A stretch of 57,160 nt of DNA, filler included, from Squatina squatina (Eukaryota): the NCBI GenBank assembly GCA_031763465.1. It is 3 parts of 3 records of this genome, joined end to end, with 100 filler letters (N's around TTAATTAATTAA, not from the genome) between each part and the next. Parts side by side here need not be neighbours in the genome. Positions count along the whole stretch, not along the records: positions 1 to 17,853 come from JARFOE010000057.1; 2 more parts are not named here. One strand, 5' to 3'. Shown here in pieces: positions 1 to 12,985 of this stretch (the first letter of the stretch is position 1; every line of letters starts with the position of its first letter). Both the position numbers and the translations under genes were made by a program. Below the pieces are notes generated by a model. The model made no database searches. It was not told where the DNA came from and saw only the letters and a list, made by a program, of their open reading frames with translations.

Positions 1-135
1 ATTTGGCGCTGGTGCTGCTTCGATCCGAATTCTGCATCAGAGTCCATTAGCGCCCAAAACGGGCGCTGGACCCCTGGCACCTGTTTAGCGCTCATTCTGC
101 GCCTGCGCTAAATGACCTACTGGGCACCCTTAGAA
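1..135. repeat. GC/CpG-rich interspersed repeat fragment (probable DNA-transposon-derived)
   Basis: GCGC-rich motifs (gcgcccaaaacgggcgc, ttagcgc) shared with 7350-7497 and 39643-39702 in an otherwise AT-rich context. Confidence 0.4.
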
Positions 136-3100
136 TTTTTTTTTCCAACTAAAGCACAATTTGTGCTGGAAAATATTTGTGGTTTTAAAATCATTACCTG
201 TAGAATATTCCTTGAAGTGCACATGTCCTTATGTTATGTGAAAATTATATTTAATATTCTAATCTCTTTCTGGGTTGAAATCCTTTGGATCTACAACTAG
301 GAAAGATTTGAAAAAAGTAAGTGACAATCTTGGCAGTAACAGAAGCTGGAATTTCTTTGTTTGCAGTTTATCATTGTGCAACAAACATTTTTAAACCCTT
401 TTAAATAATGTATCTTTAATTCAGCTTATGTGCAAATTGTTTATAGAACGTGAAGTTCGTTAAAAAATAAATAGCATAAACAGAAAATGTTGTTATAATA
501 GATACCTGATGTGTGACCTTAAACATTCATTCCTTATGCAGTGTTAATTTTTGAATCATAACTTTGCTGCTGGCACGGCGCCAAAAAGGATAAGGTAATG
601 TCGCTCAAATTACTTGAGAAAATCAATTTATGAAAATAAATGCAACAGCCTTCTAAACAGATTTGGTTTACGTTTTAATGGAAATCTAATTAGTGTAGTA
701 GACTAGAGGCACCAAAATAGACTGATCTAGATTAACACTAATCCATAGTAAGGCCGATTTGTTCTGTACTCTTTCTTTCTCTTGCGCACTTTCTCACTCT
801 CCATGTAACTCTCTCACTCAAATGCTCTTTCATGCTTTCTCTCTTGCTCTGGCTGTAAAGTCAGATAATTACTAGGCCAATTGCAGATCTTTGAATAACA
901 CCGTTGCTCTTCCTCCCATATTTTGAAATACGATGAACTACNNNNNNNNNNNNNNNNNNNNNNNNNNNNNNNNNNNNNNNNNNNNNNNNNNNNNNNNNNN
1001 NNNNNNNNNNNNNNNNNNNNNNNNNNNNNNNNNNNNNNNNNGAGAATATTATTCATGATGCTATTAAAGATAACAGGTGAATAAATTACATAAAATTAGA
1101 CACAATTTGCATATACAAATTAGGTTAATTAAAAATCATATTTTCTATTATGACTCAAAAACCTGATCCTATCATCATGAATCTTGAAGCATGTATTGTT
1201 CTATTATAGATATTATAATGATGAAGTACACTAATTAGAGCTAATTTACTTCTGTAAATTCAATCAAATAGAAAATAAACTTTCCCTGATAGCAGATAAA
1301 CCACAAGAGCTATCACTATGAACCTCTGAGTATATGTTTAACTATTTAAAACAATGTTTAAACACTTGAAGTGAATCGACCCCAATTTTCATATGTATAT
1401 TAATTTATTGATTTATTCCTGCAGCTCTGAAATAGGTAACTTGGGGTATAATTTCCCCTGGTGTTTTATCACATAACTTTATTAAGTAGTGCCCTACCAG
1501 AGGACATCAAATTCCCTCGTAACTAAACATGAAAGGTGTCATTTTGATGCCTTTNNNNNNNNNNNNNNNNNNNNNNNNNNNNNNNNNNNNNNNNNNNNNN
1601 NNNNNNNNNNNNNNNNNNNNNNNNNNNNNNNNNNNNNNNNNNNNNNNNNNNNNNTCTGCTCCACATTTCATATGTTGGTTTACTATCCAATTGAAAGATA
1701 TACTTTTCCAGGTAAAAGTCCTTTTAAGGAGATCTCCATTATTGTCTCCTTCCTGTACTCTTAATGGCCATTCATAGTTGTTTTTTGGAGGCAAGAAACA
1801 CAAGATCAGACAATCTATGTTAGAATCCAAAACTTTCATTTTGAAAAATGGAAAACTAGGCTATTTGCAAACCAAAAAGAAATGGGGTCTGTTTTTTGAA
1901 TAGTTTTCAACTATGTATAAAACTTATTTTCAACACTCAAACTGTTAACCTGTCTTTTCTCTTTGCAGATGTTGACTCACCTGCTTTGTATTGTCCTGCA
2001 TCTGCCATTTTCTTTAGAATTCCAGCATTTATAGTTTCTTTCCTTTTATTAATACAACTACTTTTAGTTGAAAGCAGGCAGTAGGAACTGATTTAGCCTG
2101 AATTTAGCCCACCTAACCTTGGTTATAATGTTTTCACAGATAGCTACTTCTAGAAATTGGAAAAGTCCACTCGAGACCCAGCAAGACAAAGAAGCTTCAT
2201 CCCTTAAACATTGAAGAATTGCTGTCCTCACGCTAAACAACATGCTTGGGAACTCCATTCATATTGACACGTCAGTGGCATGGAGCACATTAACTGCTCA
2301 GTTATGGTCAATTCACTTATTTCAAAATCTTTTTTAACAGAAAAACTCTAACCTAGGACTGTCAATTTGCCAAGATTTAATTTTATGTCCTTTTTTTATA
2401 TGCAATATATCTTTTCAAGGTTTGTTGATCTTTAAATTGACTCTTTTTTTTGTGACTGTGTACGCCCAGTATTACACTATTGTCGGCTGAGGTCAAATGT
2501 AGATTATTGGGCCTTTCATTCAAAAAGCTGAAAATGTCAATATCGCAACAAAAGAAAACAATGAATTAGCATCATACAATAAGTGCAAATGTGTCCATGT
2601 AAAACACGACAGTTTTAGTACTTTATGAATNNNNNNNNNNCCAAAATACTGGGGAAAAACGCATTTCCTCTTAATCTAGCCAAGTATAAATTATAGTTGT
2701 TTTAGGTTGTGTTCAGAATTCATTATTTGACACCCTTTGTATCTCTAAACCTTTCAGGCATTGTGAGACATTAACAATGTTTCAAAAGTTGACAATTATT
2801 GGCTAAGTCTATCCTCCAGTACACAGATGGTTCCTTGTGACACCCATACATGACCTATTTACATTTGGCACTGCTTTAGATGTACTTTGAACCTGCTTTC
2901 TCAGAATGACAGCTGTTTCCAGATTGTAGGGATACTGACCATTTAATTTTCAGACGTCGATGTAGGATTTGGACATCATTAAGCAGCATGAGACTCTCGC
3001 TGTCAATTGGACTTCTTCACTTCTGACAGTCTTGGCTGTCAGAGCCATGAGAGATGTCTTTGACACTTATTTTTTGAAATGCCAACAGCCATCATCATAT

Positions 3101-6100
3101 GGAAATACCAAGAGATACAAAGTGTGGCAGGCTCTTTGCCAATAGATCTTATGGAGATTTTGAAGAGATGTCAAAAAATCTGGAGAAATTGTTGCACGTT
3201 AATATTGGTTCGGAAGGTAAATGTTAGAAAACTGACAACACATTTTTTTAGGTGTCATAAAACATTGGAAAGATGCAGTAATGAGTTGATTATATCTCTC
3301 CTGGGAACAAAGTGAAATGTCATTCACTTTGGAACGATCCATGCAACACAGGGTGTGCACCTTGCACGGCTTTAATAATCCAGCTGATAGAAAATGGCTC
3401 ACTGCGTATAATTACAGACTATTTTCTCATTTCAGTCTCCAACAACTCTGGAGTCTTAAAAAGCTTTGTCTTCCCCATCTCTTAAGCTTTCTATAACTTG
3501 TTGAAACCTGAGATATGGCTGGAATGACCTCCAGNNNNNNNNNNAAAATTGTTCACAAAAAAAAACACATTTAATAAAAATCCCAGAATGGTGGCTTTGT
3601 GACAAGGAGTGTAGCAACTTTGCACAACAGCCATCAGATTGTACCAACAGGATGTCAGTTTGTACCTATGATGCCCTACCAGCTCACTTTCAAATCCCAT
3701 TTGGAAAACAGAACACAAACAAAACACTTGTCCGTAAGAAGGGAGAAGGAAAGATGAGCAACTTTATTTGGAGCAACTTTAGGATACCTCTCATCTGTCA
3801 ATTCAAGATCAATGCACACAAATTCCTGGTAACCAATTGCTTGCTCATCCTCTAGGCTGGGTTAATGTTGCATGAGAGGAAAACAAACTAGAATAAGATA
3901 AATATAGAATAGTGATTAATAATGCATTTTGTTTTGACCAAGTGCTGCAACAATGGGAAACAATATAGTGATAATTGAGTGCCTTGGTGATGCAAGCTAG
4001 GGAGATCTTATGGTATGAGAAATTGCATAAGTTTGGTATTGGCCTGCATAACGGGAGGGAAATTCCAGTGATTTCATTGCTTTTTGTGTGTTTTCTGTCA
4101 AGGAAGCATAGACATACTACCGATCCCTCATATTCTAGTGGAGGGCACCCAATCCTTGATGCATGTCTGTGTTCTTTGGCAGTCATGGGTGGGTAGTAAG
4201 TGTTCCCCAATTCTCCATTAGTCCAATTGGAATATGTGATCCAGGATAGTCTTAATGGGCATGCATCTGTGGAACAAGTTAACCCTGGTCAGGGAATCGG
4301 AAATAGCCTTTAATATTACAATTACCAGGATACTTAGACCACCATAGGCAAAACCTGGAGAGAAAAAATCAAACTCACATCACCAACTGATTTCAGCTCT
4401 ACTGATTTACAAAGAATGGAGGATATCTGTGAGTTCACATGTGTCTTCAGATTATCAGNNNNNNNNNNNNNNNNNNNNNNNNNNNNNNNNNNNNNNNNNN
4501 NNNNNNNNNNNNNNNNNNNNNNNNNNNNNNNNNNNNNNNNNNNNNNNNNNNNNNNNNNGGGGCCTCCTACATCCGCATATACTGACAAGTTTTTACACAC
4601 ACAGAGAGACAGGCACAAAGACCAAACAAATACAAAATAAAGGAAAAAAATAATAAGCCGGACCATTAGTTACCATGACATTTTAAGTGACAAGTACACG
4701 CATCCACTCTCTTATACATTCATAAACTTACATTCAACAATCATGCTCATTTTGACAAACCGCCTTTCAGGCCCCATCAAGCACCACATTCATAGGTCTT
4801 CATATGGTAATGTATTTGTGTAACCTGTTAATAACCCTTATAAAATGTAGTGTTTGAACATTGATGTTTCCTTTTAGCCTTGGTACCATATTGTGGATCT
4901 GTTTGAATTGTTAAAAATCTGAGGTTCCAGCCAAATTTATAGGTAATTGCTGCCATTCTGAAATGTCCAGATGGTGACAGAAAGGTTTTGTTCGTGACTT
5001 GTTAAACTGTGTGGCAAATCACCCACAATGGGACACCACTGAATTCAAAATTTATATTAGACTTCATTACATGTAATTGTCAGGGGAAAATCTTGAGTGC
5101 CTGCTTTTAGCTCTCAGTTGACATTTTGCTGAATTGAGCTGGTAATCATTCATTGGGGAAAATCTGACGACGCATAAAGAGACAGTTTCCCTCCTGTTTT
5201 TTGGCCTCTGCAGTTGTTTTTTTCCTTCTTAAAAAGNNNNNNNNNNNNNNNNNNNNNNNNNNNNNNNNNNNNNNNNNNNNNNNNNNNNNNNNNNNNNNNN
5301 NNNNNNNNNNNNNNNNNNNNNNNNNNNNNNNNNNNNAGTACGTTCCTTGATACAAACATGTGTTTACAATATGCATTTCGCAACTTTGAAAAGTGTACCA
5401 ACAATGACTCTTTGTAAGGATTACAGAAGAAATGTTAATACAATTAAATAAAGCAGAGATGAAGCTCTCTTTTCAAGGGGTGAAATGAATATTCATAGAA
5501 TCAATATTGAGTTTAGAAGAGCCAATAAGTGTGGAATTGCAGCAAGCCATCAAACTGTGATGATCAGACAGTTTCTCCGCAGTCTTATAAGCACTAAAGG
5601 TTATTTGGAATGGGGAGGAAGTAATTTTGACTTTGAGGCTCAGTTTGTGGTTTAGAGGGAAGGGCAAACATGGGAGGAGAAATAGGTCTTGCCTGCAGAG
5701 ATCTGGAATGCAGTGGAACTCTCCATGTTAGCATATGATGATGACCTACTGAAAACTTAAGCTAAGCCTTCAAAGCCTGTAGCCAAACTCTCTCAGACAA
5801 GTTCTGATGGAATGCGAGAAACAGTTGACTAAACCAAAAGAATCTTACTAAAACACACAAAAAATAAGTAAGCTATTTAACCTTCAGAAACAATCTCAAC
5901 AACGCACACAATTAGGCCTGCCTCAACAGGCTTCAGACTGTTTACAGATTTAAAAAAAAAGTCAGCTTCAATCAAATAAATCTCATTCATGCACAGTAAT
6001 AATCCTGCCAACAAATTGCTATTTTTACAGAAGCTACACATTGCTGAATCTAGTAATGGTACTCACCTCTAGTTTCAGGTCTCAAATCATTCAAAAACCC

Positions 6101-6288
6101 GGTAACAGCAGAAACGTCTTGAGGGGAGAGAGGACTTTACAAACTTCAGTCTAATCACATATATGCTGTCCTGAAAAATTGTCAACATGTGGGATAGATT
6201 TTCTCTGATCAACAGTTCTAAACAAAATGCATAAATGCATTTTTTTTAAGCATGCTTTTATGGTTTTGCAAGAAATGTCAAGCGGAAG

Positions 6289-6626
6289 AAATCTTCCTGC
6301 TATATTTATAGTGCAGTTAACAAATAGGGACTAGCAAAATCTTCCTGCTATATTTACGATGTTGTTAACACACAGGAACCGGAATAAATCTTCCTGCTAT
6401 ATTTACAGTGCTGCTAACAGAGAGGGACTAAAGGAAATCTTCCTGCTTCTTTTATAGTGTAGCTACCACACAGGGATCAGAGGATAACTTCCTGCTGTAT
6501 TTAAAATGTCACCAACACACAGGGAGCAAATTAAATCTTTCTGCTATATTTACAATTTCACTTGCACTCAGAGGAAACCTTCCTGTTACATTTACGACGC
6601 CATAAAACTATAGGGATCAGAGGAAT
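6289..6626. repeat. Diverged minisatellite, about 7 units of 48-49 bp (core AATCTTCCTGCTATATTTAC...CAGGGA)
   Basis: Core recurs at 6290, 6338, 6387, 6436 and onward. Confidence 0.85.
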
Positions 6627-7120
6627 ACATCGCCCATCTTTTTCTTTCTGGCTTTTTTATTCAAAAGAGCTACGATGAAGATATTGGTCATGTAAGGGAC
6701 AGTTATAAATAAAATAACCCATAACTCTATCACAATGTCTCCAACTGTATGTTTTCTAAGAAATGGGAATACTTAATCCTGCACACATTACATTCTTCAC
6801 TTCTACTTTGATAGAAAACAACTTAATCTTTCTTGAACCTTCCAACCTTACATGATTACAAAGGCTCTCAACTTTTGAAGACTTTCTTTCAACTTTCTTT
6901 CAACTTGGAAAAACCACCTTCTGAACTCTCCAAAACACCTCGATGAACCATGTCTGAATCATAGAATGATGGAGTACAGAAAGAGGCCATCTTTTTACAG
7001 NNNNNNNNNNNNNNNNNNNNNNNNNNNNNNNNNNNNNNNNNNNNNNNNNNNNNNNNNNNNNNNNNNNNNNNNNNNNNNNNNNNNNNNNNNNNNNNNNNNN
7101 ATTTTGGTGCCTTTCGCTTT

Positions 7121-7497
7121 TTTTTGACCTCGCGATTCATCAGCCCTCTGCTCTCTTAAAGTGCTTGGGGCCTTTATGCAGGTAATGCAGGTCCCATGGC
7201 CCCACAGGGATAGGATGAAGATTGAATCAAACCAACATGGGCCCTTCCCTTTAAGTGAGGGAAGGTGCCTCCAAAGACAGCAGCGCTGCAGGAAACATTG
7301 TTCAGCGCTCTGCTGCTACCACCCCCTCACTCCCTTTAGCATTCTAAGAGAAGAGATAGCGCTCGATTTAGCGCTCCACTTCCCACTTCCCACTAAAGTG
7401 GAAGTTCCTGGGAGGAGAAATCTGTTGCGCCAGGCGATACTTTTGCACTGCCTGAAAATTTAGCACCCCAAACGGGGCACAATGTAATTTCTAGCCC
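7121..7497. mobile_element. End of GC-rich DNA-transposon-like element (putative TIR AATTTCTAGCCC)
   Basis: Abrupt GC-to-AT boundary at AATTTCTAGCCC; related ends at 8258 (GGGGGTAAAATT) and 11402-11413 (AATTTCAGGCCC). Confidence 0.45.
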
Positions 7498-7789
7498 TAA
7501 AAGACTAATTTGGTTAAATGTCCCAGATTTAACATGGCACAACAAGCACTATAATGTTGTCAAGTATTGCGTGCCCATTTAATATTGATAAAAGCGATGC
7601 AGCTTTTTGCTTCACTATATCTTCAAATGATGTTGAATAATATATGAGGGTAATTTTATGCTAATACCGGGTTAATATCAGCTTGCGAGGCAGCAGAAAA
7701 TTTCTGTCCCTGGTCATGAAATGTTTTTGCAGCATTGGTCTGCAGTTCTGGGGGAGAGAGAGAGGGCTCAGAGTGCCAGNNNNNNNNNN

Positions 7790-7970
7790 GTGTGCCTTCC
7801 TCTATGTGGCGTGAGGGATATTTTTCAGTGGCTTCCTCTTGGAGACCAAGCAGTCTGTCTCTCCTCTGCTCAGTCTCGTCGAGGAGGGTCTCACTGAAAA
7901 TGTGAGCTCTTCTATTGTTCCCCTTTGCAGTGCCTATTGCCACTTCTATAGCTGCGCCTGTGGTAGACAT
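7790..7970 (-). pseudogene. Degenerate Myb/SANT-like N-terminal fragment (Harbinger DNA-binding-protein type)
   Basis: RRAHIFSETLLDETEQRRDRLLG resembles the R...FS..LL.EV..RR..L start of Myb_DNA-bind_5 domains; weak, from memory. Confidence 0.35.
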
Positions 7971-8257
7971 TCTTAAAAAGTGATACACAATCACATATTG
8001 AGACAGTGAGCTTAACGTGTCAAACACTATCCAACTAACTTGTTGCTCCAGACTGCAGCTGCAATCTCANNNNNNNNNNCCAGACTTCAAAGTAAGAGTA
8101 AAAAGCCAGGGACCTTCAGCGCATCAGTCCTCTTTTACATGGGATTTGCGCTGATGATCCACCAATGAATATGTAAATGAGCTGACCCACGAAAATCTGG
8201 AGGATCTGCAGGTTCAACTGCAAGACTCGCTGGAGCACATCCAGTGCAAGCCACCAT

Positions 8258-10181
8258 GGGGGTAAAATTCGGTACGTCTGGGCGACTCTATATGGTAGGC
8301 AGTATGGAGGCACAAAACCTTTTTTTGGCATTAACGGATAGCCCGATATCATGAGTGCCTAGTGCTACTTAAAGGCAGCGTGCACCTCTTAAAGGGAAGG
8401 TGCATTGTGGCTGCAAGAAGTGGTGGGAGTCATTTGCAAACCTCTCATCCACAACTCACAGCTCAGACACACTGGCAGCTATTCAACCATGACCACATCA
8501 CCCAAACATATTACTGGAGAACTTCTCTCTTTCTTACAGGAGAAGGTGGCACACAACAGAAAGCACAACTGGAGGAGGAAAAGCATAGCTGCATGTTTTA
8601 AACCTCATGGAGGAGACTATACTGGCAATCATGCGAAAGGGCATTGCTGAGGCCATGGCCACTGATGGCGCTGGAGGGATCAATGACGAGGGTCTTTCCT
8701 CTCCTAATCCTCCTTTTCTCTTCCCACTTCTCCCTCAACTCATAATCTTTTGTGACTCAGAAATTGAAGAAGGTGTAAGCACTTCTTATGTTTTCCAATC
8801 CCCTCAAAACAACCCAAACTTTTTCCCTTTTTCATTTCACATACCCAAGAACTGGACCTTCCCAGTTAGAGGAGGAAAAGGAAGAAGACGGTGAAGATAA
8901 TTTCAGAGGCGCTGATAGAGGTAAGACACTGGACGCAAGTGCGCAGGAGCCAGGTAAATGGGAAAGGATAGCGCAGGTGCCAGCTCGTCTCCAAAATACG
9001 CTCAGTGTCAGTCTTTGATTTGGTGGCTATGAGTGTAAGATTGAGTAATGGTGTCTCTTCACCTTCACTGTCTTCTTCCTTTAGCTCTGCTGCAGAGGAC
9101 TCAGATGAGAATGTACTAGACTATAGAAGAAGACTCATTGGCTTAAATAACTAAATGCTTGGTGTACTGGAAAGCCTGCCAGAAAGCCTGCGCACAATGT
9201 GAACGAGCATGGAGGAGTCCACTTCCATCAGCGCAGGGCTTTATGCAGAATCTGGAGCCCATTTTTTCCTACATGGAAGTGGTCACCTCCATCAGCACAT
9301 GTGTGGAACCCGTGTGGTGCAACATCTGATAACTAATGTCACAGCTTCCATTAGAGCACAGATAGCTTCCATCGAAGCTCAGACTGCTGCCTTAGAATCT
9401 CAGGCTGCTGCCTTGGAATCTCAGACCGCTGCCATCGTGTCTCTTGGTGCCACGGTTGAACAACAGTCCATCAATCTTTTCTCAAACAGATTACCAGAAT
9501 TGCTGAGGCGTTGCGCTGGGACAGTGGCATTGGCTCCATGGAACAAGAGCCTGCTGTCCTCTCAGTGTGACAGCATTCCTGCTCCTACTCCATCCACTCC
9601 GCCAGTGCCCTTGCTGTTGCCCGTCAGCCAGCCAGCCCAGACTGCTGCAGCCCAGGCTGGAATTGTGCAGTCTGAAGCCAGGCCCACTAGGCCCATAGTT
9701 GCTCAAGGTCGTCCTCCAAGGCCATCTGCAGTCTCCTCAATTCAAGGACAACAGCCTTCCACCTCTGAAGTTGCAGCCACTGGGGTAGCACTGCGTAGGA
9801 GCGCTAGGTTAGGGAAAGGAACACAAAATGGAATGCACAAGGATAATTAGTTTATTGTAGTTATGTTGATGCAATGTGTAGTTTGATAAATGATGATTTG
9901 ACTGTGTATTTGGTACTGGTTTTTATGTCTGAAGTCAAGTGAGGGAGGAATCAGTAGATCTTGCCAGAAAGAGGATGATGTGATGGTTATTAAAGTAGTA
10001 ATGGAGTGTGGAGTAGTAATAGAGTGTGGAACTAATGGTGAATGGGAGGTGTAGTTGAGGTTACTGGAATCGCTTTTGAGTCACCTGATCAAGAAGAGCT
10101 CCACCAGAAAGGTGTTGTCTATGTTGCAGCCTCCCTTCCTCCTCTTCCTCTTCCTCCTCCTTCACTTGCTCATTCCTCCTC
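8258..10181. mobile_element. Decayed PIF/Harbinger-like transposon: + strand Myb/SANT-type gene relic converging on - strand HARBI1-like nuclease tail
   Basis: Acceptor ttacag| at 8539, then EKVAHNRK..TGGG..LNLMEETILAIM (frameshift and stop); Ala/Pro/Ser-rich ORF 9209-9850; - strand purine-rich tail ending QKRFQ-TAA at 10061. A two-gene layout is typical of Harbinger; the nuclease core would lie in the gap. Confidence 0.55.
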
Positions 10182-11099
10182 NNNNNNNNNNNNNNNNNNN
10201 NNNNNNNNNNNNNNNNNNNNNNNNNNNNNNNNNNNNNNNNNNNNNNNNNNNNNNNNNNNNNNNNNNNNNNNNNNNNNNNNNNNNNNNNNNNNNNNNNNNN
10301 NNNNNNNNNNNNNNNNNNNNNNNNNNNNNNNNNNNNNNNNNNNNNNNNNNNNNNNNNNNNNNNNNNNNNNNNNNNNNNNNNNNNNNNNNNNNNNNNNNNN
10401 NNNNNNNNNNNNNNNNNNNNNNNNNNNNNNNNNNNNNNNNNNNNNNNNNNNNNNNNNNNNNNNNNNNNNNNNNNNNNNNNNNNNNNNNNNNNNNNNNNNN
10501 NNNNNNNNNNNNNNNNNNNNNNNNNNNNNNNNNNNNNNNNNNNNNNNNNNNNNNNNNNNNNNNNNNNNNNNNNNNNNNNNNNNNNNNNNNNNNNNNNNNN
10601 NNNNNNNNNNNNNNNNNNNNNNNNNNNNNNNNNNNNNNNNNNNNNNNNNNNNNNNNNNNNNNNNNNNNNNNNNNNNNNNNNNNNNNNNNNNNNNNNNNNN
10701 NNNNNNNNNNNNNNNNNNNNNNNNNNNNNNNNNNNNNNNNNNNNNNNNNNNNNNNNNNNNNNNNNNNNNNNNNNNNNNNNNNNNNNNNNNNNNNNNNNNN
10801 NNNNNNNNNNNNNNNNNNNNNNNNNNNNNNNNNNNNNNNNNNNNNNNNNNNNNNNNNNNNNNNNNNNNNNNNNNNNNNNNNNNNNNNNNNNNNNNNNNNN
10901 NNNNNNNNNNNNNNNNNNNNNNNNNNNNNNNNNNNNNNNNNNNNNNNNNNNNNNNNNNNNNNNNNNNNNNNNNNNNNNNNNNNNNNNNNNNNNNNNNNNN
11001 NNNNNNNNNNNNNNNNNNNNNNNNNNNNNNNNNNNNNNNNNNNNNNNNNNNNNNNNNNNNNNNNNNNNNNNNNNNNNNNNNNNNNNNNNNNNNNNNNNT

Positions 11100-11413
11100 T
11101 ATACCTTAATGGGAATGGTTTTAAAGTAATGTACCATTCATTTTTTTGATTTTTGCATTTTTAAAAACACTTACGCTGGTAAAACCAAGTCTGTACGCTT
11201 GGTTTTACAATGCGTAAAAAAATTAAAGAGATTTCCACGGGCAAGAGTTGAGGAAATATCGCAACTCTCCATCTGGGAAATCTCTTTTCTAGTAGAAGCG
11301 GATGATCTGTCAAGAAAATTCTTGACAGATCTCAAGTTCTGGATCNNNNNNNNNNGGGCATATGCAGTGCAGCCCGAGATCCCCCCACCTGGGGGGATTG
11401 CAATTTCAGGCCC
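11100..11413. mobile_element. Right end of non-autonomous DNA-transposon-like repeat
   Basis: Shares motifs (cttacgctggtaaaa, cttgacagatc, aactct) with 35490-35738 and ends in AATTTCAGGCCC. Confidence 0.4.
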
Positions 11414-12881
11414 ATTGTGTTTGCTGGTGGGACTTTAACAAATGACTTTAGGATGGGAGTAAACTATACCATTGATATAAAGCTATTATGGATTGTAGGT
11501 TATTATCAAGAGCTTTAGAATGATATGTCTTATAAAAAAAGTTCCGTAGACCGGGCAGGCCACATTTTGGAATCTTACATTGCAATATCAGTTGTGTTTT
11601 AATTATACAGGCATTATTTTAGAATTATTGGATGCTCTTTGGGAAATGAAGATTATTGTAAAGGTTGTAGCAGCTCTGTAATTTTCAATCTTACACTGTT
11701 GCTGTCAACCTCTCTCCCTCCCCAGCATTGCAGGCTTATGAGCAAATTCTCTAAAGTAAAAGAGAAACACGCATGACTGTGAATAAGGCAATAAATTAAG
11801 TTTCTGTGCTAGCAGCAGAAGAGGAAGTATTCATAGACCAATGCTGCATAATCTCTAGCAAAGGCTTATTTCTTCTTCATGTCATGTTTTAAACCCAAAG
11901 CTTAAATGGATTAAGATTTTTGTGGTAGATAATTATTTAATATGCATACGTAAAACTAGAGCTCAGCTGTCCTATTAGAACAAATATTTTAATTCGACCC
12001 TTGTACAAAGGGAGTGCAAATGATTGCATAAAGGGAGTACAAGTGACTGTATAAAGTGTCAACAAAAGATGTGATCCTGGGAAATTCCTGTGAGTTATGG
12101 CAGTAGTCTTGGAGCGCACTATGTAAAAGATCAAATAGAGTAAATGTTTAAATTTGTAAAGACCAAATGTGCACTTGTAAGAAGCACCAATTAAACCAAA
12201 CCTTAATATTTAAAAAAATAATTTTGACATTATTTACACATAATATTTAACATTAAAAGCATTGCTATTTAAAATGAATTTTGTTCTAAATATTGCTTTT
12301 TTGAGGCTTCGTTCTTCACTATCAGTGTAATGTGCATCATAACACAGCAAACAACCTATGTCATTCGATTTTATCCTGGTTGCAAAACTTATGACATGAT
12401 TCTCAAAACATAAAGTAGGGAAAAATTTTCAGACGACAAATAGATTGTCTTAAAATAAAAGTATTAACAGAATATATAAAGTGACACCAATTTGACAAGA
12501 ATAATGACTTTTGATAGGGAATTTTTGCTATAGTTTGGCTCCTAACACTAATCTGCTTTGCTGACGCAAATCTTTTGTAACGTGGGAAATATAATTAATC
12601 AGGCCTTCACATGAAACAGATGAAGTAGTCTTGAAGTCAAAGGCGAGAGTTATTTACTTCCACATTCCAGCAGACGGTATTGATGATAAAGAGGGAAGGA
12701 AAGTGAGTAAAGCCAGCAGTGTAGTGAAATGGTGCAACAGTGCTCTCCCATGAGTTGTAAATATTGTTGTTGGCTATTGTTNNNNNNNNNNNNNNNNNNN
12801 NNNNNNNNNNNNNNNNNNNNNNNNNNNNNNNNNNNNNNNNNNNNNNNNNNNNNNNNNNNNNNNNNNNNNNNNNNNNNNNNN

Positions 12882-12985
12882 ATGGGGAAAGAGCAGGGGA
12901 GTGGGACTAATTGGAGAGCTCTTTCAAAGAGCTGGCACAGGCATGTTGGACTAAATGGCCTCCTTCTGTGCTGTATTATTCTATA
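12882..12985 (+). mobile_element. CR1-type LINE 3' tail
   Basis: ATGGGGAAAGAGCAGGGGAGTGGGACTAATTGG...GGCCTCCTTCTGTGCTGTATTATTCTAT, homologous to 24620-24730. Confidence 0.7.

Noticed and set aside
2954-3216. Possible exon between ttttcag and gtaaat
   Set aside because: No single open frame across it; no recognisable protein.
6289-6626. CRISPR-like repeat/spacer appearance
   Set aside because: Spacers are homologous to each other, repeats are degenerate, no cas genes, vertebrate context.
10042-11149. Long ORFs of more than 350 aa (also 33505-34261, 42261-43345, 51258-52372)
   Set aside because: Length comes from read-through of N gaps or from alternative frames of OTUD7A.
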